A DNA stretch of 64,000 nucleotides from Eledone cirrhosa. Lineage: Eukaryota. Under the pieces are notes generated by a model. The model was not told the DNA's origin, did not search any database, and saw only the letters and a program-made list of their open reading frames with translations. Numbering within the stretch: position 1 is the first letter of the stretch; the number at the start of each line of letters is the position of its first letter. Made by a program: the position numbers and the translations under genes. The stretch is from contig OZ024742.1 of NCBI GenBank assembly GCA_964016885.1, forward strand, positions 166,160,001-166,224,000, given 5' to 3'. This document shows positions 25,401 to 39,100 of the stretch, piece after piece.

Positions 25401-28400
25401 GAGATAATTTGTAAAAAAAATCAAGGGGAGATAATTTCCAGCCGTCCAAGGGGAGGTAATATCTAGCCGTCCAAGGGGAGATAATTTCCAGCCGTCCAAG
25501 AGGAGATAATTTCCAGCCGTCCAAGGGTAGATAATATCCAGCCGTCCAGGAGACATATTTTCCAGCCGTCCAAGGAGAGGTAATTTCTAGCCGTCCAAGG
25601 GGAAGATAAATTCCAGCCTCCAAGGGGAGATAATTTCCAGCCAGCCAAGGGGAGATAATTTGTAAAAAAAATCAGGGGGAGATAATTTGTAAAAAAAATC
25701 AGGGGGAGATAATTTGTAAAAAAATCAGGGGGAGATAATTTGTAAAAAAAAATCAGGGGGAGATAATTTGTAAAAAAAATCAGGGGGAGATGATTTGTAA
25801 AAAAAAATCAGGGGTAGATAATTTGTAAAAAAAAATCAGGGGGTGATAATTTGTAAAAAAAAATCAGGGGGAGATAATTTGTAAAAAAAATCAAGGGGAG
25901 ATAATTTCCAGCCGTCGAAGGGAAGATAATTTCCAGCCCTCCAAGGGGCTATAATTTCCAGCGTCCAAGGGGAGATAATTTCCAGCCGTCCAAGGGGAGA
26001 TAATTTCCAGCCGTCCAAGGGTAGATAATATCCAGCCGTCCAAGTAGACATTTTCCAGCCGTCCAAGGAAAGGTAATTTCTAGCCGTCCAAGGGGAGATA
26101 AATTCCAGCCTCCAAGGGGAGATAATTTCCAGCCAGCCAAGGGGAGATAATTTGTAAAAAAATCAGGGGGAGATAATTTGTAAAAAAAATCAGGGGGAGA
26201 TAATTTGTAAAAAAAAATCAGGGGGAGATAATTTGTAAAAAAAATCAGGGGGAGATAATTTGTAAAAAAAATCAAGGGGAGATAATTTCCAGCCGTCCAA
26301 GGGGAGATAATTTTCAGCCGTCCAAGGGGAGATAATTTCCAGCCGTCCAAGGGGAGATAATTTCCATCCTTCCAAGGGGAGATAATTTCCAGCCGTCCAA
26401 GGGGAGATAATTTTCAGCCGTCCAAGGGGAGATAATTTCCCGCCAGCCAAGGGAAGATAATATTTTAAAAAATCAGGCGGAGATAATTTGTAAAAAAAAT
26501 CAGGGGGAGATAATTTATAAAAAAATCAGGGGGAGATAATTTGTAAAAAAAAAATCAGGGGGAGATAATTTGTAAAAAAAATCAGGGGGAGATAATTTGT
26601 AAAAAAAATCAGGGGTAGATAATTTGTAAAAAAAAATCAGGGGGAGATAATTTGTAAAAAAAAAATCAGGGGGAGATAATTTGTAAAAAAAATCAAGGGG
26701 AGATAATTTCCAGCCGTCCAAGGAGAGATAATTTTTAAAAAAAATCAGGCGGAGATAATTTGTAAAAAAAAATCAAGGGGAGATAATTTGTAAAAAAAAT
26801 CAAGGGGAGATAATTTCCAGCCGTCCAAGGGAAGATAATTTCCAGCACTCCAAGGGGCTATAATTTCCAGTGTCCAAGGGGAGATAATTTCCAGCCAGCG
26901 AAGGGGAGATAATTTTTTTAAAAAATCAGGGGGAGATATGTAAAAAAAATCAGAGGGAGATAATTTCTAAAAAAAATCAAAGGGAGATAATTTCCAGCCG
27001 TCCAAAGAGAGATAATTTCTAGCCGTCCAAGGGGAGATAATTTCCAGCCAAGGGGAGATAATTTCCAGCCGTCCAAGGGGAGATAATTATTTAAAAAATC
27101 AGGTGGAGATAATTTGTAAAAAAAATCAGGGGGAGATAATTTGTAAAAACAAAATCAAGGGCAGATAATTTCCAGCTGTCCAAGGGGAGATAATTTCCAG
27201 CCGTGCAAGGGGAGATAATTTCCAGCCGTCCAAGGGGAGATAATTTCCATCCTTCCAAGGGGAGATAATGTCCAGCCGTCCAAGGGGAGATAATTTCCCG
27301 CCAGCCAAGGGAAGATAATTTTTAAAAAAATCAGGCGGAGATTGTAAAAAAAATCAGGGGGAGATAATTTGTAAAAAAAAAATCAGGGGGAGATAATTTG
27401 TAAAAAAAATCAGGGGTAGATAATTTGTAAAAAAAAATCAGGGGGAGATAATTTGTAAAAAAAATCAGGGGGAGATAATTTCTAAAAAAATCAAGGGGAG
27501 ATAATATGCAGCCGTCCAAGGGGAGATAATTTTCAGCCGTCCAAGGAGAGGTAATTTCTAGCCGTCCAAGGGGAGATAATTTCCAGCCGTCCAAGGGGAG
27601 ATAATTTCCAGCCGTCCAAGGGGAGATAGTTTTTTTAAAAAAATCAGGCGGAGATAATTTGTAAAAAAAAAATCAGGGGGAGATAATTTGTAAAAAAAAA
27701 TCAGGGGGAGATAATTTGTAAAAAAAATCAGGGGGAGATAATTAGTAAAAAAAATCAAGGGGAGATAATTTCCAGCCGTCCAAGGGGAGGTAATATCTAG
27801 CCGTCCAAGGGGAGATAATTTCCAGCCGTCCAAGGGGAGATAATTTCCAGCCGTCCAAGGGTAGATAATATCCAGCCGTCCAAGTAGACATATTTTCCAG
27901 CCGTCCAAGGAGAGGTAATTTCTAGCCGTCCAAGGGGAGATAAATTCCAGCCTCCAAGGGGAGATAATTTCCAGCCAGCCAAGGGGAGATAATTTGTAAA
28001 AAAATCAGGGGGAGATAATTTGTAAAAAAAATCAGGGGGAGATAATTTGTAAAAAAAAATCAGGGGGAGATAATTTGTAAAAAAAAATCAGGGGGAGATA
28101 ATTTGTAAAAAAAATCAGGGGGAGATAATTTGTAAAAAAAAATCAGGGGGAGATAATTTGTAAAAAAAAATCAGGGGGAGATAATTTGTAAAAAAAAATC
28201 AGGGGGAGATAATTTGTAAAAAAAATCAGGGGGAGATAATTTGTAAAAACAAATCAAGGGGAGATAATTTCCAGCCGTCCAAGGGGAGATAATTTTCAGC
28301 CGCCCAAGGGGAGATAATTTCCCGCCAGCCAAGGGAAGATAATATTTAAAAAATCAGGCGGAGATAATTTGTAAAAAAAATCAGGGGGAGATAATTTGTA

Positions 28401-31400
28401 AAAAAATCAGGGGGAGATAATTTGTAAAAAAAAATCAGGGGGAGATAATTTGTAAAAAAAATCAGGGGGAGATGATTTGTAAAAAAAATCAGGGGTAGAT
28501 AATTTGTAAAAAAAAATCAGGGGGAGATAATTTGTAAAAAAAAATCAGGGGGAGATAATTTGTAAAAAAAATCAAGAGGAGATAATTTCCAGCCGTCCAA
28601 GGGGAGATAATTTTCAGCCGTCCAAGGGGAGATAATTTCCAGCCGTCCAAGGGGAGATAATTTCCATCCTTCCAAGGGGAGATAATTTCCAGCCGTCCAA
28701 GGGGAGATAATTTCCCGCCAACCAAGGGAAGATAATTTTTAAAAAAATCAGGCGGAGATTGTAAAAAAAATCAGGGGGAGATAATTTGTAAAAAAATCAG
28801 GGGGAGATAATTTGTAAAAAAAAAATCAGGGGGAGATAATTTGTAAAAAAAATCAGGGGGAGATAATTTGTAAAAAAAAATCAAGGGGAGATAATTTGTA
28901 CAAAAAATCAGGGGTATATAATTTGTAAAAAAAAATCAGGGGGAGATAATTTGTAAAAAAAAATCAGGGGGAGATAATTTGTAAAAAAAATCAAGGGGAG
29001 ATAATTTGCAGCCGTCCAAGGGGAGATAATTTTCAGCCGTCCAAGGAGAGGTAATTTCTAGCCGTCCAAGGTGAGATAATATCCAGCCGTCCAAGGGGAG
29101 ATAATTTCCAGCCGTCCAAGGGGAGATAATTTTAAAAAAAAAACAGGCGAAGATAATTTGTAAAAAAAAAATCAGGGGGAGATAATTTGTAAAAAAAAAT
29201 CAGGGGGAGATAATTTGTAAAAAAAATCAGGGGGAGGTAATTTGTAAAAAAAATCAAGGGGAGATAATTTCCAGCCGTCCAAGGGAAGATAATTTCCAGC
29301 CCTCCAAGGGGCTATAATTTCCAGCGTCCAAGGGGAGATAATTTCCAGCCAGCGAAGGGGAGATAATTTTTTTTTTTTTAAATCAGGGGGACATAATTTG
29401 TAAAAAAAAATCAGGGGGAGATAATTTGTAAAAAAAATCAAGGGGAGATAATTTGTAAAAAAAAATCAGGGGGAGATAATTTGTAAAAAAAAATCAGGGG
29501 GAGATAATTTGTAAAAAAAATTAAGGGGAGATAATTTGTAAAAAAAAATCAAGGGGAGATAATTTCCAGCCGTCCAAGGAGAGGTAATTTCTAGACGTCC
29601 AAGGGGAGATAATTTCCAGCCGTCCAAGGGGAGATAATTTCCAGCCGTCCAAGGGTAGATAATATCCAGCCGTCCAAGGAGACATATTTTCCAGCTTTCC
29701 AAGGAGAGGTAATTTCTAGCCGTCCAAGGGGAGATAAATTCCAGCCTCCAAGGGGAGATAATTTCCAGCCAGCCAAGGGGAGATAATTTGTAAAAAAAAT
29801 CAGGGGGAGATAATTTGTAAAAAAAATCAGGGGGAGATAATTTGTAAAAAAAATCAGGGGGAGATAATTTCCAGCCGTCCAAGGGGAGATAATTTTCAGC
29901 CGTCCAAGGGGAGATAATTTCCCGCCAGCCAAGGGAAGATAATATTTAAAAAATGAGGCGGAGATAATTTGTAAAAAAAATCAGGGGGAGATAATTTGTA
30001 AAAAAATCAGGGGGAGATAATTTGTAAAAAAAAAATCAGGTGGAGATAATTTGTAAAAAAAATCAGGGGGAGATAATTTGTAAAAAAAAATCAGGGGTAG
30101 ATAATTTGTAAAAAAAAATCAGGGGGAGATAATTTGTAAAAAAAATCAGGGGGAGATAATTTATAAAAAAAATCAAGGGGAGATAATTTCCAGCCGTCCA
30201 AGGGAAGATAATTTCAAGCCCTCCAAGGGGCTATAATTTCCAGTGTCCAAGGGGAGATAATTTCCAGCCAGCGAAGGGGAGATAATTTTTTTTTAAAAAT
30301 CAGGGGGAGATTTGTAAAAAAAATCAGGGGGAGATAATTTGTAAAAAAAATCAAAGGGAGATAATTTCCAGCCGTCCAAAGAGATAATTTCTAGCCGTCC
30401 AAGGGGAGATAATTTCGAGCCAAGGGGAGATAATTTCCAGCCGTCCAAGGGGAGATAATTTTTTTAAAAATCAGGTGGAGATAATTTGTAAAAAAAATCA
30501 GGGGGAGATAATTTGTAAAAACAAAATCAAGGGGAGATAATTTCCAGCTGTCCAAGGGGAGATAATTTCCAGCCGTGCAAGGGGAGATAATTTCCAGCCG
30601 TCCAAGGGGAGATAATTTCCATCCTTCCAAGGGGAGATAATTTCCAGCCGTCCAAGGGGAGATAATTTCCCGCCAGCCAAGGGAAGATAATTTTTTAAAA
30701 AATCAGGCGGAGATTGTAAAAAAAATCAGGGGGAGATAATTTGTAAAAAATCAGGGGGAGATAATTTGTAAAAAAATCAAGGGGAGATAATTTCCAGCTG
30801 TCCAAGGGGAGGTAATATCTAGCCGTCCAAGGGGAGATAATTTCCAGCCGTCCAAGGGGAGATAATTTCCAGCCGTCCAAGGGTAGATAATATCCAGCCG
30901 TCCAAGGAGACATATTTTCCAGCCGTCCAAGGAGAGGTAATTTCTAGCCGTCCAAGTGGAGATAAATTCCAGCCTCCAAGGGGAGATAATTTCCAGCCAG
31001 CCAAGGGGAGATAATTTGTAAAAAAATCAGGGGGAGATAATTTGTAAAAAAAATCACGGGGAGATAATTTGTAAAAAAAAATCAGGGGGAGATAATTTGT
31101 AAAAAAAATCAGGGGGAGATAATTTGTAAAAAAAATCAAGGGGAGATAATTTCCAGCCGTCCAAGGGGAGATAATTTTCAGCCGTCCAAGGGGAGATAAT
31201 TTCCCGCCAGCCAAGGGAAGATAATATTTAAAAAATGAGGCGGAGATAATTTGTAAAAAAAAATCAGGGGTAGATAATTTGTAAAAAAAATCAGGGGGAG
31301 ATAATTTGTAAAAAAAATCAAGGGGAGATAATTTCCAGCCGTCCAAGGAGAGATAATTTTTAAAAAAAATCAGGCGGAGATAATTTGTAAAAAAAAAATC

Positions 31401-34400
31401 AGGGGGAGATAATTTGTAAAAAAAAATCAGGGGGAGATAATTTGTAAAAAAAATCAAGGGGAGATAATTTCCAGCCGTCCAAGGGGAGATAATTTTCAGC
31501 CGTCCAAGGGGAGATAATTTCCAGCCGTCCAAGGGGAGATAATTTAAAAAAAAAATCAGGCGGAGATAATTTGTAAAAAAAATCAAGGGGAGATAATTTG
31601 CAACCGTCCAAGGGGACATAATTTTCAGTCGTCCAAGGAGAGGTAATTTCTAGCCGTACAAGGGGAGATAATTTCCAGCCGTCCAAGGGGAGATAATTTC
31701 CAGCCGTCCAAGGGGAGATAGTTTTTTTTAAAAAATCAGGCGGAGATAATTTGTAAAAAAAAAATCAGGGGGAGATAATTTGTAAAAAAAAATCAGGGGG
31801 AGATAATTTGTAAAAAAAAATCAGGGGGAGATAATTTGTAAAAAAAATCAGGGGGAGATAATTAGTAAAAAAAATCAAGGGGAGATAATTTCCAGCCGTC
31901 CAAGGGGAGGTAATATCTAGCCGTCCAAGGGGAGATAATTTCCAGCCGTCCAAGGGGAGATAATTTCCAGCCGTCCAAGGGTAGATAATATCCAGCCGTC
32001 CAAGTAGACATATTTTCCAGCCGTCCAAGGAGAGGTAATTTCTAGCCGTCCAAGGGGAGATAAATTCCAGCCTCCAAGGGGAGATAATTTCCAGCCAGCC
32101 AAGGGGAGATAATTTGTAAAAAAATCAGGGGGAGATAATTTGTAAAAAAAATCAGGGGGAGATAATTTGTAAAAAAAAATCAGGGGGAGATAATTTGTAA
32201 AAAAAAAATCAGGGGGAGATAATTTGTAAAAAAAATCAGGGGGAGATAATTTGTAAAAACAAATCAAGGGGAGATAATTTCCAGCCGTCCAAGGGGAGAT
32301 AATTTTCAGCCGCCCAAGGGGAGATAATTTCCCGCCAGCCAAGGGAAGATAATATTTAAAAAATCAGGCGGAGATAATTTGTAAAAAAAATCAGGGGGAG
32401 ATAATTTGTAAAAAAATCAGGGGGAGATAATTTGTAAAAAAAAAATCAGGGGGAGATAATTTGTAAAAAAAATCAGGGGGAGATGATTTGTAAAAAAAAT
32501 CAGGGGTAGATAATTTGTAAAAAAAAATCAGGGGGAGATAATTTGTAAAAAAAAATCAGGGGGAGATAATTTGTAAAAAAAATCAAGAGGAGATAATTTC
32601 CAGCCGTCCAAGGGGAGATAATTTTCAGCCGTCCAAGGGGAGATAATTTCCAGCCGTCCAAGGGGAGATAATTTCCATCCTTCCAAGGGGAGATAATTTC
32701 CAGCCGTCCAAGGGGAGATAATTTCCCGCCAACCAAGGGAAGATAATTTTTAAAAAAATCAGGCGGAGATTGTAAAAAAAATCAGGGGGAGATAATTTGT
32801 AAAAAAATCAGGGGGAGATAATTTGTAAAAAAAAAATCAGGGGGAGATAATTTGTAAAAAAAATCAGGGGGAGATAATTTGTAAAAAAAAATCAAGGGGA
32901 GATAATTTGTACAAAAAATCAGGGCTATATAATTTGTAAAAAAAAATCAGGGGGAGATAATTTGTAAAAAAAAATCAGGGGGAGATAATTTGTAAAAAAA
33001 ATCAAGGGGAGATAATTTGCAGCCGTCCAAGGGGAGATAATTTTCAGCCGTCCAAGGAGAGGTAATTTCTAGCCGTCCAAGGTGAGATAATATCCAGCCG
33101 TCCAAGGGGAGATAATTTCCAGCCGTCCAAGGGGAGATAATTTTAAAAAAAAAACAGGCGAAGATAATTTGTAAAAAAAAAATCAGGGGGAGATAATTTG
33201 TAAAAAAAAATCAGGGGGAGATAATTTGTAAAAAAAATCAGGGGGAGGTAATTTGTAAAAAAAATCAAGGGGAGATAATTTCCAGCCGTCCAAGGGAAGA
33301 TAATTTCCAGCCCTCCAAGGGGCTATAATTTCCAGCGTCCAAGGGGAGATAATTTCCAGCCAGCGAAGGGGAGATAATTTTTTTTTTTTTAAATCAGGGG
33401 GACATAATTTGTAAAAAAAAATCAGGGGGAGATAATTTGTAAAAAAAATCAAGGGGAGATAATTTGTAAAAAAAAATCAGGGGGAGATAATTTGTAAAAA
33501 AAAATCAGGGGGAGATAATTTGTAAAAAAAATTAAGGGGAGATAATTTGTAAAAAAAAATCAAGGGGAGATAATTTCCAGCCGTCCAAGGAGAGGTAATT
33601 TCTAGACGTCCAAGGGGAGATAATTTCCAGCCGTCCAAGGGGAGATAATTTCCAGCCGTCCAAGGGTAGATAATATCCAGCCGTCCAAGGAGACATAGTT
33701 TCCAGCTTTCCAAGGAGAGGTAATTTCTAGCCGTCCAAGGGGAGATAAATTCCAGCCTCCAAGGGGAGATAATTTCCAGCCAGCCAAGGGGAGATAATTT
33801 GTAAAAAAAATCAGGGGGAGATAATTTGTAAAAAAAATCAGGGGGAGATAATTTGTAAAAAAAATCAGGGGGAGATAATTTCCAGCCGTCCAAGGGGAGA
33901 TAATTTTCAGCCGTCCAAGGGGAGATAATTTCCCGCCAGCCAAGGGAAGATAATATTTAAAAAATGAGGCGGAGATAATTTGTAAAAAAAATCAGGGGGA
34001 GATAATTTGTAAAAAAATCAGGGGGAGATAATTTGTAAAAAAAAAATCAGGGGGAGATAATTTGTAAAAAAAATCAGGGGGAGATAATTTGTAAAAAAAA
34101 TCAGGGGTAGATAATTTTTAAAAAAAAATCAGGGGGAGATAATTTGTAAAAAAAATCAGGGGGAGATAATTTATAAAAAAAATCAAGGGGAGATAATTTC
34201 CAGCCGTCCAAGGGAAGATAATTTCAAGCCCTCCAAGGGGCTATAATTTCCAGTGTCCAAGGGGAGATAATTTCCAGCCAGCGAAGGGGAGATAATTTTT
34301 TTTTAAAAATCAGGGGGAGATTTGTAAAAAAAATCAGGGGGAGATAATTTGTAAAAAAAATCAAAGGGAGATAATTTCCAGCCGTCCAAAGAGATAATTT

Positions 34401-36130
34401 CTAGCCGTCCAAGGGGAGATAATTTCGAGCCAAGGGGAGATAATTTCCAGCCGTCCAAGGGGAGATAATTTTTTAAAAAATCAGGTGGAGATAATTTGTA
34501 AAAAAAATCAGGGGGAGATAATTTGTAAAAACAAAATCAAGGGCAGATAATTTCCAGCTGTCCAAGGGGAGATAAATTCCAGCCGTGCAAGGGGAGATAA
34601 TTTCCAGCCGTCCAAGGGGAGATAATTTCCATCCTTCCAAGGGGAGATAATTTCCAGCCGTCCAAGGGGAGATAATTTCCCGCCAGCCAAGGGAAGATAA
34701 TTTTTTAAAAAATCAGGCGGAGATTGTAAAAAAAATCAGGGGGAGATAATTTGTAAAAAAATCAGGGGGAGATAATTTGTAAAAAAATCAAGGGGAGATA
34801 ATTTCCAGCTGTCCAAGGGGAGGTAATATCTAGCCGTCCAAGGGGAGATAATTTCCAGCCGTCCAAGGGGAGATAATTTCCAGCCGTCCAAGGGTAGATA
34901 ATATCCAGCCGTCCAAGGAGACATATTTTCCAGCCGTCCAAGGAGAGGTAATTTCTAGCCGTCCAAGGGGAGATAATTTCCAGCCGTCCAAGGGGAGATA
35001 ATTTAAAAAAAAATCAGGCGGAGATAATTTGTAAAAAAAATCAAGGGGAGATAATTTGCAACCGTCCAAGGGGACATAATTTTCAGTCGTCCAAGGAGAG
35101 GTAATTTCTAGCCGTACAAGGGGAGATAATTTCCAGCCGTCCAAGGGGAGATAATTTCCAGCCGTCCAAGGGGAGATAATTTTTTTTTAAAAATCAGGCG
35201 GAGATAATTTGTAAAAAAAAAATCAGGGGGAGATAATTTGTAAAAAAAAATCAGGGGGAGATAATTTGTAAAAAAAAATCAGGGGGAGATAATTTGTAAA
35301 AAAAATCAAGGGGAGATAATTTCCAGCCGTCCAAGGGAAGATAATTTCCAGCCCTCCAAGGGGCTATAATTTCCAGCGTCCAAGGGGAGATAATTTCCAG
35401 CCAGCGAAGGGGAGATAATTGTTTTAAAAAAATCATTGGGAGATTTGTAAAAAAAATCAGGGGCAGATAATTAATAAAAAAAATCAAGGGGAGATAATTT
35501 CCAGCCGTCCAAGGGGAGGTAATATCTAGCCGTCCAAGGGGAGATAATTTCCAGCCGTCCAAGGGGAGATAATTTCCAGCCGTCCAAGGGTAGATAATAT
35601 CCAGCCGTCCAAGGAGACATATTTTCCCGCCGTCCAAGGAGAGGTAATTTCTAGCCGTCCAAGGGGAGATAAATTCCAGCCTCCAAGGGGAGATAATTTC
35701 CAGCCAGCCAAGGGGAGATAATTTGTAAAAAAATCAGGGGGAGATAATTTGTAAAAAAAATCAGGGGTAGATAATTTGTAAAAAAAAATCAGGGGGAGAT
35801 AATTTGTAAAAAAAAATCAGGGGGAGATAATTTGTAAAAAAAATCAAGGGGAGATAATTTCCAGCCGTCCAAGGAGAGATAATTTAAAAAAAAAATCAGG
35901 CGGAGATAATTTGTAAAAAAAAATCAGGGGGAGATAATTTGGAAAAAAAAATCAGGGGGAGATAATTTGTAAAAAAAATCAAGGGGAGATAATTTCCAGC
36001 CGTCCAAGGGGAGATAATTTCCAGCCGTCCAAGGGGAGATAATTTTTTAAAAAAAATCAGGCGGAGATAATTTGTAAAAAAAATCAGGGGGAGATAATTT
36101 GTAAAAAAAAATCAGGGGGAGATAATTTGT
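15600..36130 (+). repeat. ~11.0-11.2 kb period duplication (Y-X2-X1 trimer of higher-order units)
   Basis: Offsets: 15904/27126 (11222), 17269/28489 (11220), 19572/30819 (11247), 21488/32500 and 24514/35526 (11012). Boundaries are approximate. Confidence 0.85.
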
Positions 36131-39100
36131 AAAAAAAAATCAGGGGGAGATAATTTCCAGCCGTCCAAGGTAAGATAATTTCCAGCCCTCCAAGGGGCTA
36201 TAATTTCCAGCCGTCCAAGGGTAGATAATATCCAGCCGTCCAAGTAGACATATTTTCCAGCCGTTCAAGGAGAGGTAATTTCTAGCCGTCCAAGGGGAGA
36301 TAAATTCCAGCCTCCAAGGGGAGATAATTTCCAGCCAGCCAAGGGGAGATAATTTGTAAAAAAATCAGGGGGAGATAATTTGTAAAAAAAATCAGGGGGA
36401 GATAATTTGTAAAAAAAAATCAGGGGGAGATAATTTGTAAAAAAAAATCAGGGGGAGATAATTTGTAAAAAAAAATCAGGGGGAGATAATTTGTAAAAAA
36501 AATCAAGGGGAGATAATTTCCAGCCGTCCAAGGGGAGATAATTTTCAGCCGTCCAAGGGGAGATAATTTCCAGCCGTCCAAGGGGAGATAATTTCCATCC
36601 TTCCAAGGGGAGATAATTTCCAGCCGTCCAAGGGGAGATAATTTTCAGCCGTCCAAGGGGAGATAATTTCCCGCCAGCCAAGGGAAGATAATATTTTAAA
36701 AAATCAGGCGGAGATAATTTGTAAAAAAAATCAGGGGGAGATAATTTGTAAAAAAATCAGGGGGAGATAATTTGTAAAAAAAAAATCAGGGGGAGATAAT
36801 TTGTAAAAAAAATCAGGGGGAGATAATTTGTAAAAAAAAATCAGGGGTAGATAATTTGTAAAAAAAAATCAGGGGGAGATAATTTGTAAAAAAAAATCAG
36901 GGGGAGATAATTTGTAAAAAAAATCAGGGGGAGATAATTTGTAAAAAAAAATCAGGGGGAGATAATTTCCGGCCGTCCAAGGGGAGATAATTTTCAGCCG
37001 TCCAAGGGGAGATAATTTCCCGCCAGCCAAGGGAAGATAATATTTAAAAAAATCAGGCGGAGATAATTTGTAAAAAAAATCAGGGGGAGATAATTTGTAA
37101 AAAAATCAGGGGGAGATAATTTGTAAAAAAAATCAAGGGGAGATAATTTCCAGCCGTCCAAGGGGAGGTAATATCTAGCCGTCCAAGGGGAGATAATTTC
37201 CAGCCGTCCAAGTGGAGATAATTTCCAGCCGTCCAAGGGTAGATAATATCCAGCCGTCCAAGGAGACATATTTTCCAGCCGTCCAAGGAGAGGTAATTTC
37301 TAGCCGTCCAAGGGGAGATAAATTCCAGCCTCCAAGGGGAGATAATTTCCAGCCAGCCAAGGGGAGATAATTTGTAAAAAAAATCAGGGGGAGATAATTT
37401 GTAAAAAAAATCAGGGGGAGATAATTTGTAAAAAAATCAGGGGGAGATAATTTGTAAAAAAAAAATCAGGGGGAGATAATTTGTAAAAAAAATCAGGGGG
37501 AGATGATTTGTAAAAAAAAATCAGGGGTAGATAATTTGTAAAAAAAAATCAGGGGGTGATAATTTGTAAAAAAAAATCAGGGGGAGATAATTTGTAAAAA
37601 AAATCAAGGGGAGATAATTTCCAGCCGTCGAAGGGAAGATAATTTCCAGCCCTCCAAGGGGCTATAATTTCCAGCGTCCAAGGGGAGATAATTTCCAGCC
37701 GTCCAAGGGGAGATAATTTCCAGCCGTCCAAGGGTAGATAATATCCAGCCGTCCAAGTAGACATTTTCCAGCCGTCCAAGGAGAGGTAATTTCTAGCCGT
37801 CCAAGGGGAGATAAATTCCAGCCTCCAAGGGGAGATAATTTCCAGCCAGCCAAGGGGAGATAATTTGTAAAAAAATCAGGGGGAGATAATTTGTAAAAAA
37901 AATCAGGGGGAGATAATTTGTAAAAAAAAATCAGGGGGAGATAATTTGTAAAAACAATCAGGGGGAGATAATTTGTAAAAAAAATCAGGGGGAGATAATT
38001 TGTAAAAAAAATCAAGGGGAGATAATTTCCAGCCGTCCAAGGGGAGATAATTTTCAGCCGTCCAAGGGGAGATAATTTCCAGCCGTCCAAGGGGAGATAA
38101 TTTCCATCCTTCCAAGGGGAGATAATTTCCAGCCGTCCAAGGGGAGATAATTTTCAGCCGTCCAAGGGGAGATAATTTCCCGCCAGCCAAGGGAAGATAA
38201 TATTTTAAAAAATCAGGCGGAGATAATTTGTAAAAAAAATCAGGGGGAGATAATTTGTAAAAAAATCAGGGGGAGATAATTTGTAAAAAAAAAATCAGGG
38301 GGAGATAATTTGTAAAAAAAATCAGGGGGAGATAATTTGTAAAAAAAAATCAGGGGTAGATAATTTGTAAAAAAAAATCAGGGGGAGATAATTTGTAAAA
38401 AAAAAATCAGGGGGAGATAATTTGTAAAAAAAATCAAGGGGAGATAATTTCCAGCCGTCCAAGGAGAGATAATTTTTAAAAAAAATCAGGCGGAGATAAT
38501 TTGTAAAAAAAAATCAAGGGGAGATAATTTGTAAAAAAAAATCAAGGGGAGATAATTTGTAAAAAAAATCAAGGGGAGATAATTTCCAGCCGTCCAAGGG
38601 AAGATAATTTCCAGCACTCCAAGGGGCTATAATTTCCAGTGTCCAAGGGGAGATAATTTCCAGCCAGCGAAGGGGAGATAATTTTTTTTTAAAAATCAGG
38701 GGGAGATTTGTAAAAAAAATCAGGGGGAGATAATTTGTAAAAAAAATCAAAGGGAGATAATTTCCAGCCGTCCAAAGAGATAATTTCTAGCCGTCCAAGG
38801 GGAGATAATTTCGAGCCAAGGGGAGATAATTTCCAGCCGTGCAAGGGGAGATAATTTCCAGCCGTCCAAGGGGAGATAATTTCCATCCTTCCAAGGGGAG
38901 ATAATTTCCAGCCGTCCAAGGGGAGATAATTTCCCGCCAGCCAAGGGAAGATAATTTTTTAAAAAATCAGGCGGAGATTGTAAAAAAAATCAGGGGGAGA
39001 TAATTTGTAAAAAATCAGGGGGAGATAATTTGTAAAAAATCAAGGGGAGATAATTTCCAGCTGTCCAAGGGGAGGTAATATCTAGCCGTCCAAGGGGAGA

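Noticed and set aside
25541-25610. Single-A deletion (CCAGGAGAC) and nearby single-A insertion (GGGGAAGATAAA) creating unique ORFs
   Set aside because: Isolated compensating 1-bp indels absent from the homologous copies at 4.1 and 45.1 kb. They are likely consensus errors, and of no evident significance if real.
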